Shown here: positions 50,342 through 60,402 of the stretch, piece after piece
Position numbering within the stretch: position 1 is the stretch's first letter
Layout of the letters: each line of letters opens with the position of its first letter
The notes under the pieces: generated by a model
What the model was told of the DNA's origin: nothing
Database searches by the model: none
The model's input: only the letters and a program-made list of their open reading frames with translations
Assembly: GCA_017441005.1 (NCBI GenBank)
Contig: JAFSAM010000082.1
Location: 8,656 to 72,655, forward strand
Source of the DNA: Clostridia bacterium
GTDB taxonomy: Bacteria > Bacillota > Clostridia > Oscillospirales > CAG-272
Direction of reading: 5' to 3'
DNA length: 64,000 bases
Made by a program: the position numbers and the translations under genes

Positions 50342-53300
50342 TTATTTTGCCGTGAATTCGTAGCCTTTTACAAGGTGGATCTCTTCGCCGTCCATACCTG
50401 CTATGCAAGCGTAAAGATCGAAAGTATAGTTTTCGCCGGAATTCAAGGTGATTTCGCTGAGGTCGATGCCAGAAATGGTATATTCACTCAATTGTACAGT
50501 TCCGTAAGTAGGTGATGTAATCTCTTTTCTCTCACCGACAACCTGTCCGTTTTGGCTGAATACCGCTCTTACGGACATCATATGCTTATTCGATTTTACA
50601 ATACCGCTCAAGGTCTTGTAAGGCAAAGTTTCGTCGAGGTGTGCACCGGATACGATCGCCGTCGGAGTATCAACAAGTCCTGTCATAAGCTCGGGAATAG
50701 ATATAGGCAAGCTTCCCTCTTCCATAAGCTGTCTGAAGGTATAGCTTACTTCTTTGAGAGATCTGTCGTTTTCGTTATAAATATATACGCTTGTCGCGCC
50801 GCCAGCTTGATGTATAAAGTTAACCTTACTTGCATTCAGGTCTATTTGGTTGTTTGCTTTGCGTACAACTTCAACGCTTGATACGATTCGTACGTGTCTT
50901 GCATTTGAAGTATATTTTTGCTGTGCATCATTGTATATCTGAGTCGAATGCGCCGTTGCATCACCGGGCTGCAGTTTTGCATAAGCTTCAGCCATTACCA
51001 TTTTGTCTATTTTTGCTACTACCGCCTTTGTGTTGTTTCTGTCCTTAACGATATAACGCTCGTCGATCTCGTAATCGCCAACCTTAACCGTTCCGTAGTC
51101 CAATGTAAGCATATTATCAATGTTGATAAGACCTTTTGTTTCCGGACGGCTGTTTATTACAGTGTTCCAACCGTAAATCATACCGCCCCAACAGTCGTTT
51201 CCGGGGAAGTTCTTTGCGTTTTGAAGTCCTGCCTCCTTTTGTGCGGGAGTAAGCTTATCAAAATCACTTGTGCCGTTGTTCCTATTGAAAACCAAATTAG
51301 GCTTGTCCAAGGGAACAATATCCGTTCTGTCTATCATATCGAGGAAGGTCTCGTGCTGTGTCAATGTTTTGTTTACATAAGGAATACCGTGATACGTCTT
51401 GCCCGCATAGAATACGGCATACATCTTGGTCGAGCCCGTGCTTACCGAGTATTGGTTGTAAGTACCCTCGTTGTAGAGTATAAACGTCTCTTTGGGAGTC
51501 CACTCGATGTTGCTCATTTTGTACATATAGTCGACAACCTGTTTTCTTGCCGCCTCTGCGCCCGCGGGATCGTAAAGATACGTCGGGTCATAGTTTTCGT
51601 GTACGCTTATTACTTTTTCTTCCAAAATCGCCTTTGTTTCATCAGCCTCGACGTTACCCTCTACGGCAGTTTTCGCAATGTCGTAAAGGCTGCCTGATAC
51701 TACGTCGGAATACAAATACTGCTCCTGACCGTCGCACTCGACCTTGACGTAAGCTCTGAAACTGTAATTCTTATCGTAATTATTCTCTCTGACAATGTCG
51801 GTATCAATTACAACCGCACCGAAGAGAATGTCAGAATCATCCTTGCACTTGCCGTCGGATACAACGTCACATAGACCGAAGGTGTTGCTGTGTGTAAACG
51901 GCTCGTCTGACTTCAACAGATCCTGCGGAGCCGATATAATCCCGCACTCTTTTATTGTTACGTCGGTGTATTCTTCATCGGCGTATCCACCCCAGGCATA
52001 AACCGTCTGCTTATCGGAATCAGCCTTTACCTGAACGCCCTTAAAAGTAACCGTGGGGACTTTCAACACCTTGACGTCTGCCTCGTGGTATTTCCAGTCG
52101 CCGAAATAATATTCAGCCTTAACCGTACCTTCAGCCGAGGTATCGCACTTTACCGAGAAAGATTCGGGGTTTTTATCGTATTCAACCGTTTGGGTGAATT
52201 TTTGATTGTTCAATACGGGATTCTTATATTCAACTTCGACTACCGAACCTTTTGCGGAAAGCTCCTCGCCGCAGAATACGTATTTAACCGCAGGTGTCTC
52301 TTTAACTGTTCTGTTTTCGGTAATCCAACCCGAGGGATAAACAACCGAAGTACCGTCTGCAAGCTTACCGACCATAGTCGACAAATGAGTCTTGTTTACA
52401 TCATTGGCACCGCCCAAATCTACCGTTACGTTTTTGGACTCAACACCTGTCTTTGTAGAGTTTGCATTCCTGCTCATTATTTTGAAGTTCGGGGAGAAAA
52501 TTCCGCCCGAGATCTTTACGTTTACAGCGTTACTTTCGGACTTGAATCCGCCGGCTCCGGTACAAGCGATCGAGCCTGTTAAAGTGCCGCCCGTTATTTG
52601 AATGTCAACATTGCCCTGATGAATGGCGTTAGGTGCTGCGTTACGTGTATTTCCGTATATATTGCTGACCGTACCGCCCTCAAGCTTGATGTTGACGTTA
52701 CAGTTGGATATACTTTCGCTTCCCGGATTAGTCCAAGTGGTTCCCAAAAGCTTGTAGAAAGTACCGCTCTTAACCGTTATATTTACGTTTTTGTTGGTAG
52801 ATTTGTATCTTTCGCCGCCCGCGATGGAAAGATAGTAAGATTCACTGTCAGACTTTGCTCTCGTACACTCCAAGCCCTCGCCGAACACCGTCTCGTTTCC
52901 GTTACAACAAATAACTCTATCAGTAGCAAGATTGGTATAAATCTTCATATTTTCCCAAACAGTGGGACCATTCAAAATAGTGTGAACATATCCCGAAAGT
53001 TTTAGTCTCGCCTTGCTTCTGTAGTCCTCGTCACCGTAAACGCTTGTTATCGTTACGGGACACTTCGTTTCGGGGAGATGATACTCCATAACCGAATAAT
53101 AGTTGGAATGACGTGCATCGTCTTCGCAGATGGTATAGTCGCCGCATATTACGACGGTTCCGCCCGTTTCGGACAGCTTTTCAACCGCCTGATACAATGC
53201 CGTATTCTTATAATATGAGTATATGGTTACAGACTTTTTGCTTCCGTCAGACTGAGTCTGTTCAAGTGTCTGGGGCTCCAGTTCATTATCGGGATGTATG

Positions 53301-53518
53301 ATAGGATAAAGCGGATCGTCCGCAGAGGTTCCCATTCCGCCCGGCTTTGCGCTGTCGCTTATATAGATAGCATATTCATCTTTTTCAATATCAAAGATAT
53401 TGGTAGGTGCATCAGCAAAGGTATCATTCTGTGTCTCGCCGTCACTTGAGTCGGAGCAACCGACAACCATACCAAAAACCAACAGCACCATTGTTAAAAG
53501 TAATATCGCTTTTTTCAT
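50342..53518 (-). CDS. Large multidomain lipoprotein with probable NlpC/P60-like Cys-His domain
   Basis: Lipobox VVGC; Gly/Asn-rich beta-repeat region; GIPY...GNDC...LQPGD...HVRIV pattern. Confidence 0.7.
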   Translation of the reverse strand: MKKAILLLTMVLLVFGMVVGCSDSSDGETQNDTFADAPTNIFDIEKDEYAIYISDSAKPGGMGTSADDPLYPIIHPDNELEPQTLEQTQSDGSKKSVTIYSYYKNTALYQAVEKLSETGGTVVICGDYTICEDDARHSNYYSVMEYHLPETKCPVTITSVYGDEDYRSKARLKLSGYVHTILNGPTVWENMKIYTNLATDRVICCNGNETVFGEGLECTRAKSDSESYYLSIAGGERYKSTNKNVNITVKSGTFYKLLGTTWTNPGSESISNCNVNIKLEGGTVSNIYGNTRNAAPNAIHQGNVDIQITGGTLTGSIACTGAGGFKSESNAVNVKISGGIFSPNFKIMSRNANSTKTGVESKNVTVDLGGANDVNKTHLSTMVGKLADGTSVVYPSGWITENRTVKETPAVKYVFCGEELSAKGSVVEVEYKNPVLNNQKFTQTVEYDKNPESFSVKCDTSAEGTVKAEYYFGDWKYHEADVKVLKVPTVTFKGVQVKADSDKQTVYAWGGYADEEYTDVTIKECGIISAPQDLLKSDEPFTHSNTFGLCDVVSDGKCKDDSDILFGAVVIDTDIVRENNYDKNYSFRAYVKVECDGQEQYLYSDVVSGSLYDIAKTAVEGNVEADETKAILEEKVISVHENYDPTYLYDPAGAEAARKQVVDYMYKMSNIEWTPKETFILYNEGTYNQYSVSTGSTKMYAVFYAGKTYHGIPYVNKTLTQHETFLDMIDRTDIVPLDKPNLVFNRNNGTSDFDKLTPAQKEAGLQNAKNFPGNDCWGGMIYGWNTVINSRPETKGLINIDNMLTLDYGTVKVGDYEIDERYIVKDRNNTKAVVAKIDKMVMAEAYAKLQPGDATAHSTQIYNDAQQKYTSNARHVRIVSSVEVVRKANNQIDLNASKVNFIHQAGGATSVYIYNENDRSLKEVSYTFRQLMEEGSLPISIPELMTGLVDTPTAIVSGAHLDETLPYKTLSGIVKSNKHMMSVRAVFSQNGQVVGERKEITSPTYGTVQLSEYTISGIDLSEITLNSGENYTFDLYACIAGMDGEEIHLVKGYEFTAK

Positions 53519-53644
53519 ATTCCAACCGCCTTTTTTTAAAATAGTGATAGGGATAAATGCACACTTTCATTATAAACTGCCGTATTAAGGTTTGTAAATG
53601 AATTTTTTTAACTGTTTATTACGAAAAATTAGCACAAAAACGAC

Positions 53645-55216
53645 TCAATTACCAACTGCATTTTTCAGTATTCCCTTCGCATCCAACGCATCTGCATTGC
53701 CGTCTCTGTTTATGTCAGCGGCAAGTTTTTCAATTTCTCTGTCTTTGTTGAAGCGGTTGTCTTCATCGGTTGAATTAACAGCCTTTTTCACAAAAAGGGC
53801 ATCAAAAACCGTCACTATTCCGTCTCCGTCTATATCTCCCGCTACCGCAACGGTCGCCTCCTCGTCACCGAATTTGATCTTGCTTCCCGTTTCGAGATAG
53901 CCGTCCTTTTTGCTTACAAACTCGATCCTCTCGTTGTTTAAAATATCGTATACAACGGACGCTGCAAGCTGCTTTCCGCATTCGGGCATCGGACAGAGTG
54001 CCAAGGCTCCGCTGTTCTGTGTGGCAATTACGGATATTGCCGTGTCTATTGCTATCGCCGTAAGTCGGGGGGCAAATTCGACCTCGGGAAGAGGAAGCAG
54101 GGTATTACCCTCGCATATCAGACCGAACTCATTTCCAAAGCTGTAGGTGGAAAGACCTTCTCCGCCCACTGCCGCATAAATCGTATTTACATTTTGAGTG
54201 CACCATTCCCTGAACTGTGCATAAGTGTAAGTACCCTCTCCGTTGTAGGCAAATCTTGCCACACCGTAATATTTGATCTGGGTTATGGCATTTTGAACAG
54301 AGGGCTGATCCTTGAAGTATCTGCCTCCGTAGAAGGAGTTATTGAAATAGCTTGCCCGTGTGGCAATGCATAAGGGCAATGAGTAGCCGTAATCGTTGAT
54401 GGTTCTTCCCGAGGATATCAAAACCTCGGTGGTTACGTTATAAAATCCGTATGATTCGGGTTCTTGATCAGACCACGTGGGATCGCACATATAATACTCA
54501 TTGTCTATCCTTACAAGATTCCAAGCGTGAGCCTCACCTGCATTTCCCGTCACTATATGCGACTGCATACCGCAGAGATACAGCAGATACTGATACAATT
54601 CCGCATATCCCTCGCATACAGCCTGCCCTTCTATCAGAGCACCGTAGGCATTGTGGGCATTTCCTGCCTCCAGCACGTATTCGATGTGCTCTACCACAGC
54701 ATCGTGGAGCAACAAAGCCTTATCGTATTCGTCGGTTTCCGAGGTCACTCCGGCATCGGCTATAAACTGCAAAGCCCTATTTTTGAATGCCTCGCGCTTC
54801 TCGGGAGTAATAAGCTCGGCTATATAATTTACCTCTAAGACTGCAACCGTACCGTCACTGTATCCCTTTCCTCCGTATTGGTCTACCCAAAACTGCTGGG
54901 GATTGTCAAACCTGTGTGCCGCCCATATCATTTGCAATTCTTCTACGGTTATCACTATATCGTCTACACTCTGCTTTGTGTTTATAGTCAGGCTCTCCGT
55001 TCCCTCCTCGACCATTGTATAAAGCAGGTCGTATACCTCGACGAGTGTTTCTCCGTTTTCCATCATACCCAGCGCATTTCTTCCGTAAAGAAGATCCTTG
55101 CTGTACGGAAGAGTCTCGTCATACACATCTGCCGATACCCCAAAAGCTCCGATACACGCCACTGTTATGCATAATGCAATTACGAGCGATAAAAGCCTTT
55201 TTGTTTTTCTCTTCAT
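53645..55216 (-). CDS. Secreted transglutaminase-like protein with C-terminal dockerin
   Basis: AVCEGYA, HAWNLV, YMCDPTW triad; GDIDGDGIVTVFDA and ADINRDGNADALDA repeats; signal peptide. Confidence 0.85.
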   Translation of the reverse strand: MKRKTKRLLSLVIALCITVACIGAFGVSADVYDETLPYSKDLLYGRNALGMMENGETLVEVYDLLYTMVEEGTESLTINTKQSVDDIVITVEELQMIWAAHRFDNPQQFWVDQYGGKGYSDGTVAVLEVNYIAELITPEKREAFKNRALQFIADAGVTSETDEYDKALLLHDAVVEHIEYVLEAGNAHNAYGALIEGQAVCEGYAELYQYLLYLCGMQSHIVTGNAGEAHAWNLVRIDNEYYMCDPTWSDQEPESYGFYNVTTEVLISSGRTINDYGYSLPLCIATRASYFNNSFYGGRYFKDQPSVQNAITQIKYYGVARFAYNGEGTYTYAQFREWCTQNVNTIYAAVGGEGLSTYSFGNEFGLICEGNTLLPLPEVEFAPRLTAIAIDTAISVIATQNSGALALCPMPECGKQLAASVVYDILNNERIEFVSKKDGYLETGSKIKFGDEEATVAVAGDIDGDGIVTVFDALFVKKAVNSTDEDNRFNKDREIEKLAADINRDGNADALDAKGILKNAVGN

Positions 55217-55227
55217 CTGAATATACC

Positions 55228-56307
55228 TCACTTTTCCATAAAACATTGAAGTGCCGTCTGTGCATACATTCTGCACAGAAAATCGTTCGGATGGTTAATG
55301 TTATTACCCGTCATATCTTTATATGCTTTTCTCTTTAAAAGGCGGGTATGCACGCTCGTTACGTCCATCACAGCGACACCATCACCCTTAAAACCGTTCA
55401 ACACTTCTATAAAACGGTATTGAAGCCGATAATAACCGTCTGCCTCTTTGTTGGCAAGCATGGGAGACGTCAGAATAAACTCAATATCGGGATTCCTTCG
55501 TCTGATCTTTTGCATCATTTTCTTTATATTCTCTGAGTATTCGTCAAGCGAGGTCTCCCGATCGTTCATTCCGTAGCCTATCCATGCTATATCTGCAGCC
55601 AGTCCATCGAATAATTCGTCCGGTGCCTCATTTACCCAAAAGCTTTTTCTGCCCCCGCGCGAATGGTTTACGTATTCGATCTCACCGCCGTATATTTTCT
55701 TTAGCTTTTCGGTCACCATATCGAACCACGACGGCATAAACGGCGGCTGATCTCCTCCGAACGGAGTTCCGCTTGCATTGCATCCCGTATAAATGCTGTC
55801 ACCGAAAAATGCCATTCTGACCTTCTCTTTGTTCTTTAGCTTTTGTACGGTTTTCGGTATCAGCTCAGCCTGCGCCTCGGGTATCTTATCTCCCCACACG
55901 TCGCTGTGTGTATAAGTTACAGACAGCTGCTTTGTGTGGAAAAAGCCGCCCTCTACAAACAATATGCCTCCGCCGCCCGTCTTATTTTTTGCGTTTTCGT
56001 TCTTTATATCGGGATAATACTCGGTGCAGGTCATAACGGGGATCCTGCCATCGGGGGATATGCAAAGCTTACCGTCCATCAGCCAATAGTCTCTTCCCTC
56101 TTCATACAAAACGGAAAGGTCTGACGAGCGCACCTCGCAAATCCTGTCGGCAACATAAGCCAGTTCAAGAACAGTAATCGAACCGTCCTTGCCCTTAAGC
56201 GGTAAGACAGACTCGTTGTATACCGTATTCCCCTGCCAGATCGGTATCATATATCTGTCTAAGTTGTAAGATGATCTCTCTTCTTCACAACATTTTTTAT
56301 CTTGCAT
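55228..56307 (-). CDS. SGNH/GDSL hydrolase
   Basis: FFGDSI, GYGMND, NINHPND. Confidence 0.85.
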   Translation of the reverse strand: MQDKKCCEEERSSYNLDRYMIPIWQGNTVYNESVLPLKGKDGSITVLELAYVADRICEVRSSDLSVLYEEGRDYWLMDGKLCISPDGRIPVMTCTEYYPDIKNENAKNKTGGGGILFVEGGFFHTKQLSVTYTHSDVWGDKIPEAQAELIPKTVQKLKNKEKVRMAFFGDSIYTGCNASGTPFGGDQPPFMPSWFDMVTEKLKKIYGGEIEYVNHSRGGRKSFWVNEAPDELFDGLAADIAWIGYGMNDRETSLDEYSENIKKMMQKIRRRNPDIEFILTSPMLANKEADGYYRLQYRFIEVLNGFKGDGVAVMDVTSVHTRLLKRKAYKDMTGNNINHPNDFLCRMYAQTALQCFMEK

Positions 56308-56509
56308 GGCAATCCTCCGACACATTATATCACTATATTTATTATAAAACTATAAACGAGTTTGTCAACAGCCCCCTCAAATATAAAACTTTTTTAAATA
56401 AAACTGCAAATATCCTTGATAAAACTCAAATAATGTGATAAGATAAATATGTATGCATATTTTTGTCACCCAAGTAATCATTTACCCCAATCAAGGAGGT
56501 TTTTCCATA

Positions 56510-58102
56510 ATGAAAAAAATCAAAAAGAGCGGAGTCTTCAAATATTCGCTTATTGCATTTGTGACAATACTGACGATCTTGGTCGGACTTGCTCTCAGCT
56601 ACGTTAATTCGGTAATTAACGATTACGAAAAGCATCACTACAAAAATCATCTCAACGAAGCGGTCGAGCTCCTTAAAAGCGAAGCTCAAAGCGGTGAGCT
56701 TTGGACAAAAGAAGGAGTCCCTTCAATGGAGTGCAGCCCCTTTGAGGGCACCTTGATCGATCAGAAGGCCGCTTTCCTGACAAAGCTGAACGGCGATATA
56801 AAATTCTCGCCCGGAGAAGCGATCGGCAATAACGAATACGTCTACTACGTAATTCACAATAATCCCCACACCGCTGATACCAACATCGCTAAGATCGTTC
56901 TTCGCGCAAAGGGCGAGATGGTTCAGAAGCTTGTCGTTATCGGTATTCAGGAATATGAGCTCGTATCATATATTCCGCTCAGCCATACCTACACCATGAA
57001 GCTTCCCGCTGACGTCGCCCTCAATTCAGACGTCACAATTACCGTAAACGGCTACACGTTGCAGGATGAGCACGGTACAAAAAATGAAGACGGATCGACC
57101 ACCTTCACCTTTGCCGAGCTTTATAACACCCCGATCGTAACGGTAACCGACGCCTTCGGCAATCAGGCTAAGGTCAAGCTTCCCGATTCCGGAAACGGTG
57201 AAATAGAATTCGATCACACCTTCTATACGCTCACTCTGCCCGAATCTCTCTCGGTCAAAGTAGACGGAAACGATCAAGCCGGCGTCAAGCAGTCGGACGG
57301 AAGAATGCTTTACAGAATACGCCTTGCAAAAAAAGCCGAGGTCATTTTGTCCGATAAGTTTAACAATACCTACAAATACATCGGTAAAGATGTTCCGATA
57401 TCTTTCCATGCATTTACACTCAGAGACGACTACACAGTAAAATACACCACTCCCGATCACCCCGACGGACTCGACGTTCCCGATAACTGTATAGAAAAAG
57501 TCGAATATACCGAATTCAAAAACTTCTCCGAGCTTGCGGAAGGTCTGCCCGGTCTTTTGAAATACGAGATCGTCATTCTTAAAAATGACGTGGACGTAAA
57601 TATCACAGACCAAAACGGTCAGTCGATAACCCTCGATCCCGAAATGTCGTCGAAGGATATCTTCTTCGGCCCCGTGCTTGACACTGTTCCCGACGACGTG
57701 GCAAAGGAGGTCAACGTGCTTAAGGTACTCGAAGACTGGAGTCTCTTTATGTCCTGCGACCTTAACTTCTACTCACTCTCCAAGCACCTCATCAAAAACT
57801 CCTATCAATACAACGTTGCTTGGAAATACAACAACAGTATCGACCGTACCTTTACAAGCTATCACAGTCTCGGTAATCCTCCCTTTGAACAGGAATCCGT
57901 CACAAACTTCGTTTGGATCACCGATAACTGCTTTGCTGTCGACATCCGCTTTGTTAAGCACATGATCGTCCTCGGAGACAGACTTGACGACGAAATGAAC
58001 GAAAGATGCTACTTCGTTAAATATGACGACACCAACGACGGCAGAAGCAATCCCCAGTGGAAGCTTGTCGCTATGAAGGAGATAGTAAAAGATGCAGAAT
58101 AA
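56510..58102 (+). CDS. Hypothetical membrane-anchored protein
   Basis: AAGGAGG RBS, N-terminal TM, overlaps next gene by 11 nt. Confidence 0.75.
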   Translation: MKKIKKSGVFKYSLIAFVTILTILVGLALSYVNSVINDYEKHHYKNHLNEAVELLKSEAQSGELWTKEGVPSMECSPFEGTLIDQKAAFLTKLNGDIKFSPGEAIGNNEYVYYVIHNNPHTADTNIAKIVLRAKGEMVQKLVVIGIQEYELVSYIPLSHTYTMKLPADVALNSDVTITVNGYTLQDEHGTKNEDGSTTFTFAELYNTPIVTVTDAFGNQAKVKLPDSGNGEIEFDHTFYTLTLPESLSVKVDGNDQAGVKQSDGRMLYRIRLAKKAEVILSDKFNNTYKYIGKDVPISFHAFTLRDDYTVKYTTPDHPDGLDVPDNCIEKVEYTEFKNFSELAEGLPGLLKYEIVILKNDVDVNITDQNGQSITLDPEMSSKDIFFGPVLDTVPDDVAKEVNVLKVLEDWSLFMSCDLNFYSLSKHLIKNSYQYNVAWKYNNSIDRTFTSYHSLGNPPFEQESVTNFVWITDNCFAVDIRFVKHMIVLGDRLDDEMNERCYFVKYDDTNDGRSNPQWKLVAMKEIVKDAE

Positions 58103-59279
58103 TATGATTCCCCAAAAAACAAACAAAGCACCGAACACACGGGTGCCAAGCGGAAAAAAACGCCGTCCGCAAAAAAGCAACGGCAAGAGCAAGGTGGGAA
58201 GTATAATTCTCAAGGTTCTCGCCTTTATATTGATCACCGTGCTTGCAATTGCACTCCTTGCCTACTTCGGTCTCGGAATGCTTATGTCAGACTCTAACCC
58301 CGAAATACAGTCTATGACTGTCACGACCTTCCTCGAAACGGGCGCATTTAAGTTTATTCCCCACCTCTATCTGTCCGATTCCGAGATCCAGAGGATCGTC
58401 GACGGAAACAAAATGAAGGATATGGATGCCGACGTGGACGAAGGCCTGATCAATCTTGAGGGCATCGTCTATGAGGGTACACTTAACGTCAGCACGTCCA
58501 CTTCTGCCGAAAGTGACGATTCACAGAACAACAGCTCCGCTCCCATCGAGATCCATGAGGTATCGGGATCGACCTACTATGGCACGATGATGATCGTTAA
58601 AGACCCGTCCCGTGTCAGCCTCGCGACAATTTATCCCTGGCGCGATCTCGGCGTTACACTCGACCAGCTCGTCAAGGATAACGGTGCTGTCGCAGGTATA
58701 AACGGAGGTCTCTACAACTCCTACAACAACACGGGCGGCTCGCCCTACGGCGTCATTGTCTCAAACGGTCAGATCCAGTACAATCAACCACAGCAGTGGC
58801 CCGGTCTTGTTCTTGTTGGCTTTACCGAAAACAATATTCTTCAAATTATCGATATTTCACAAATGACGCCCAAGCAGGTCGAACACCTTGTTAAAGACAG
58901 AAAGATCAGGGATGCCGTCACCTTCCAGGATGAGGCATCCGACTCAAACAACCACTTCGTACAGCTCATCATCAACGATGAAGCAAGAGAATTGCACGGA
59001 ATGGGAAGCGGTCTTAACCCCAGAACGGCTATCGGTCAGCGTGCCGACGGTGCGGTGCTGATGTTTGTTACCGACGGACGAGGCAAAAACGGTCACCTCG
59101 GTGCATCCGCCTCCGACCTCATCGAAGTCATGCGCCGTTTTGATGCCGTTAACGCGGCAAACCTTGACGGCGGCTCATCCTCCTGTATGTACTACGGTGA
59201 CGAGTATCTTATGACAAGCGTTACCTTCTATAACGCAAACTCCTCATGGAGACTGCCTGCGGGCTTTGTGGTTAAATAA
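58092..59279 (+). CDS. Phosphodiester glycosidase (NAGPA) family protein
   Basis: AGINGG, NPRTAIGQRADG, DGR, AANLDGGSSS. Confidence 0.88.
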   Translation: MQNNMIPQKTNKAPNTRVPSGKKRRPQKSNGKSKVGSIILKVLAFILITVLAIALLAYFGLGMLMSDSNPEIQSMTVTTFLETGAFKFIPHLYLSDSEIQRIVDGNKMKDMDADVDEGLINLEGIVYEGTLNVSTSTSAESDDSQNNSSAPIEIHEVSGSTYYGTMMIVKDPSRVSLATIYPWRDLGVTLDQLVKDNGAVAGINGGLYNSYNNTGGSPYGVIVSNGQIQYNQPQQWPGLVLVGFTENNILQIIDISQMTPKQVEHLVKDRKIRDAVTFQDEASDSNNHFVQLIINDEARELHGMGSGLNPRTAIGQRADGAVLMFVTDGRGKNGHLGASASDLIEVMRRFDAVNAANLDGGSSSCMYYGDEYLMTSVTFYNANSSWRLPAGFVVK

Positions 59280-59301
59280 CGGCAAGAAATGATATAATGA
59301 T

Positions 59302-59356
59302 AAAAAAACGTAATACCGCCTGTAAATATGTTTACCGGTTGGTATTACGTTTTTTT
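59302..59356. terminator. Bidirectional terminator
   Basis: AAAAAACGTAATACC...GGTATTACGTTTTTT. Confidence 0.75.
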
Positions 59357-59363
59357 AGTATTT

Positions 59364-60242
59364 TCATTCAAATATATTGCGGCGGGATAAATAGTCCTTA
59401 AAGCGTTGCATTGCGCTGAAAAAGTATTTATCCTTCTTCCAGATCAGACTGATGTTTACACAAATCGGCGGGTCCATTGACACATAAGCTATATTGGCAT
59501 TTTTCTCTATCAGCTTCTTGAATGCAAAGCCGACAGCCGTCCCCTCGGAAATTATAGTCATCATTGTCGACAGCTGTGAAGTTTGCATCAGTATATCGGG
59601 GTTAGTCTCTCCCTTGATGAACCATTTTTTGATTTCAGACGTTTGAAAAAAACCGTCCTCAAACATAACGAGCGGCACGTTGTTCAGCTGTTTTGGGGTA
59701 ACCTTCCCTCTCTTTGAAAGCTCGTTTTCGGGAGTCGATCCGCAAACTATTTCAAGCCGTCCGACCGGTAATGACGATAACCCGGAATCTATGTGCTGAC
59801 CGTGAGAAACGAACGCTATGTCAAGCTGATCCTCCAGTATCTTTCGGTTCATGTCCTTCCATCCGCACTCCACCGTTTCGAGCTCAATATCCTTGTTCTG
59901 TGCCAAAAAATCTCCGTATATCGTGGGCATTATCAAAGAACCCGTCATCGGAGGTACACCAAGCTTCAAGGTCTTTTTTTCCTTGCCCATATCCTTCATC
60001 ATCTTTTCGGTCCTTTCGGCACGCTCGAGGATATCAAGGCTCATTTTCAACAATATCTCGCCCGCCTCGGTCAACACCATTCCCCTGTGCTGTCGATTAA
60101 AAAGAGTTACACCAAACTCATTTTCAAGCTCCTTTATTGAGTTGGACAGCGACGGCTGTGCTATATGCAGATACTCTGCCGCCCCCGATACCGTTCCGTA
60201 TGTACAAACGGCATTAAAATACTTAAGCTGCATTAAGTTCAT
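59364..60242 (-). CDS. LysR-family regulator, divergent from tartrate dehydrogenase
   Basis: LHIAQPSLSNSIKELENEFGVTLF. Confidence 0.92.
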   Translation of the reverse strand: MNLMQLKYFNAVCTYGTVSGAAEYLHIAQPSLSNSIKELENEFGVTLFNRQHRGMVLTEAGEILLKMSLDILERAERTEKMMKDMGKEKKTLKLGVPPMTGSLIMPTIYGDFLAQNKDIELETVECGWKDMNRKILEDQLDIAFVSHGQHIDSGLSSLPVGRLEIVCGSTPENELSKRGKVTPKQLNNVPLVMFEDGFFQTSEIKKWFIKGETNPDILMQTSQLSTMMTIISEGTAVGFAFKKLIEKNANIAYVSMDPPICVNISLIWKKDKYFFSAMQRFKDYLSRRNIFE

Positions 60243-60283
60243 AGTGTAATCCCTCTTTTTTTTCCGTGATGCTTTCCTATATT

Positions 60284-60302
60284 ATATAGTTTTAAACTAT
60301 AT
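60284..60302. promoter_or_regulatory. LysR T-N11-A box
   Basis: Palindrome ATATAGTTT-T-AAACTATAT in divergent intergenic region. Confidence 0.65.
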
Positions 60303-60402
60303 TTGTCAACATAATATATATTTTACAAATATCAATATCGGTGCTATAATTACCTTTGGAGAAGGTTATCTCCGAAATACACATTACGTAGGAAGAATAA
60401 TT

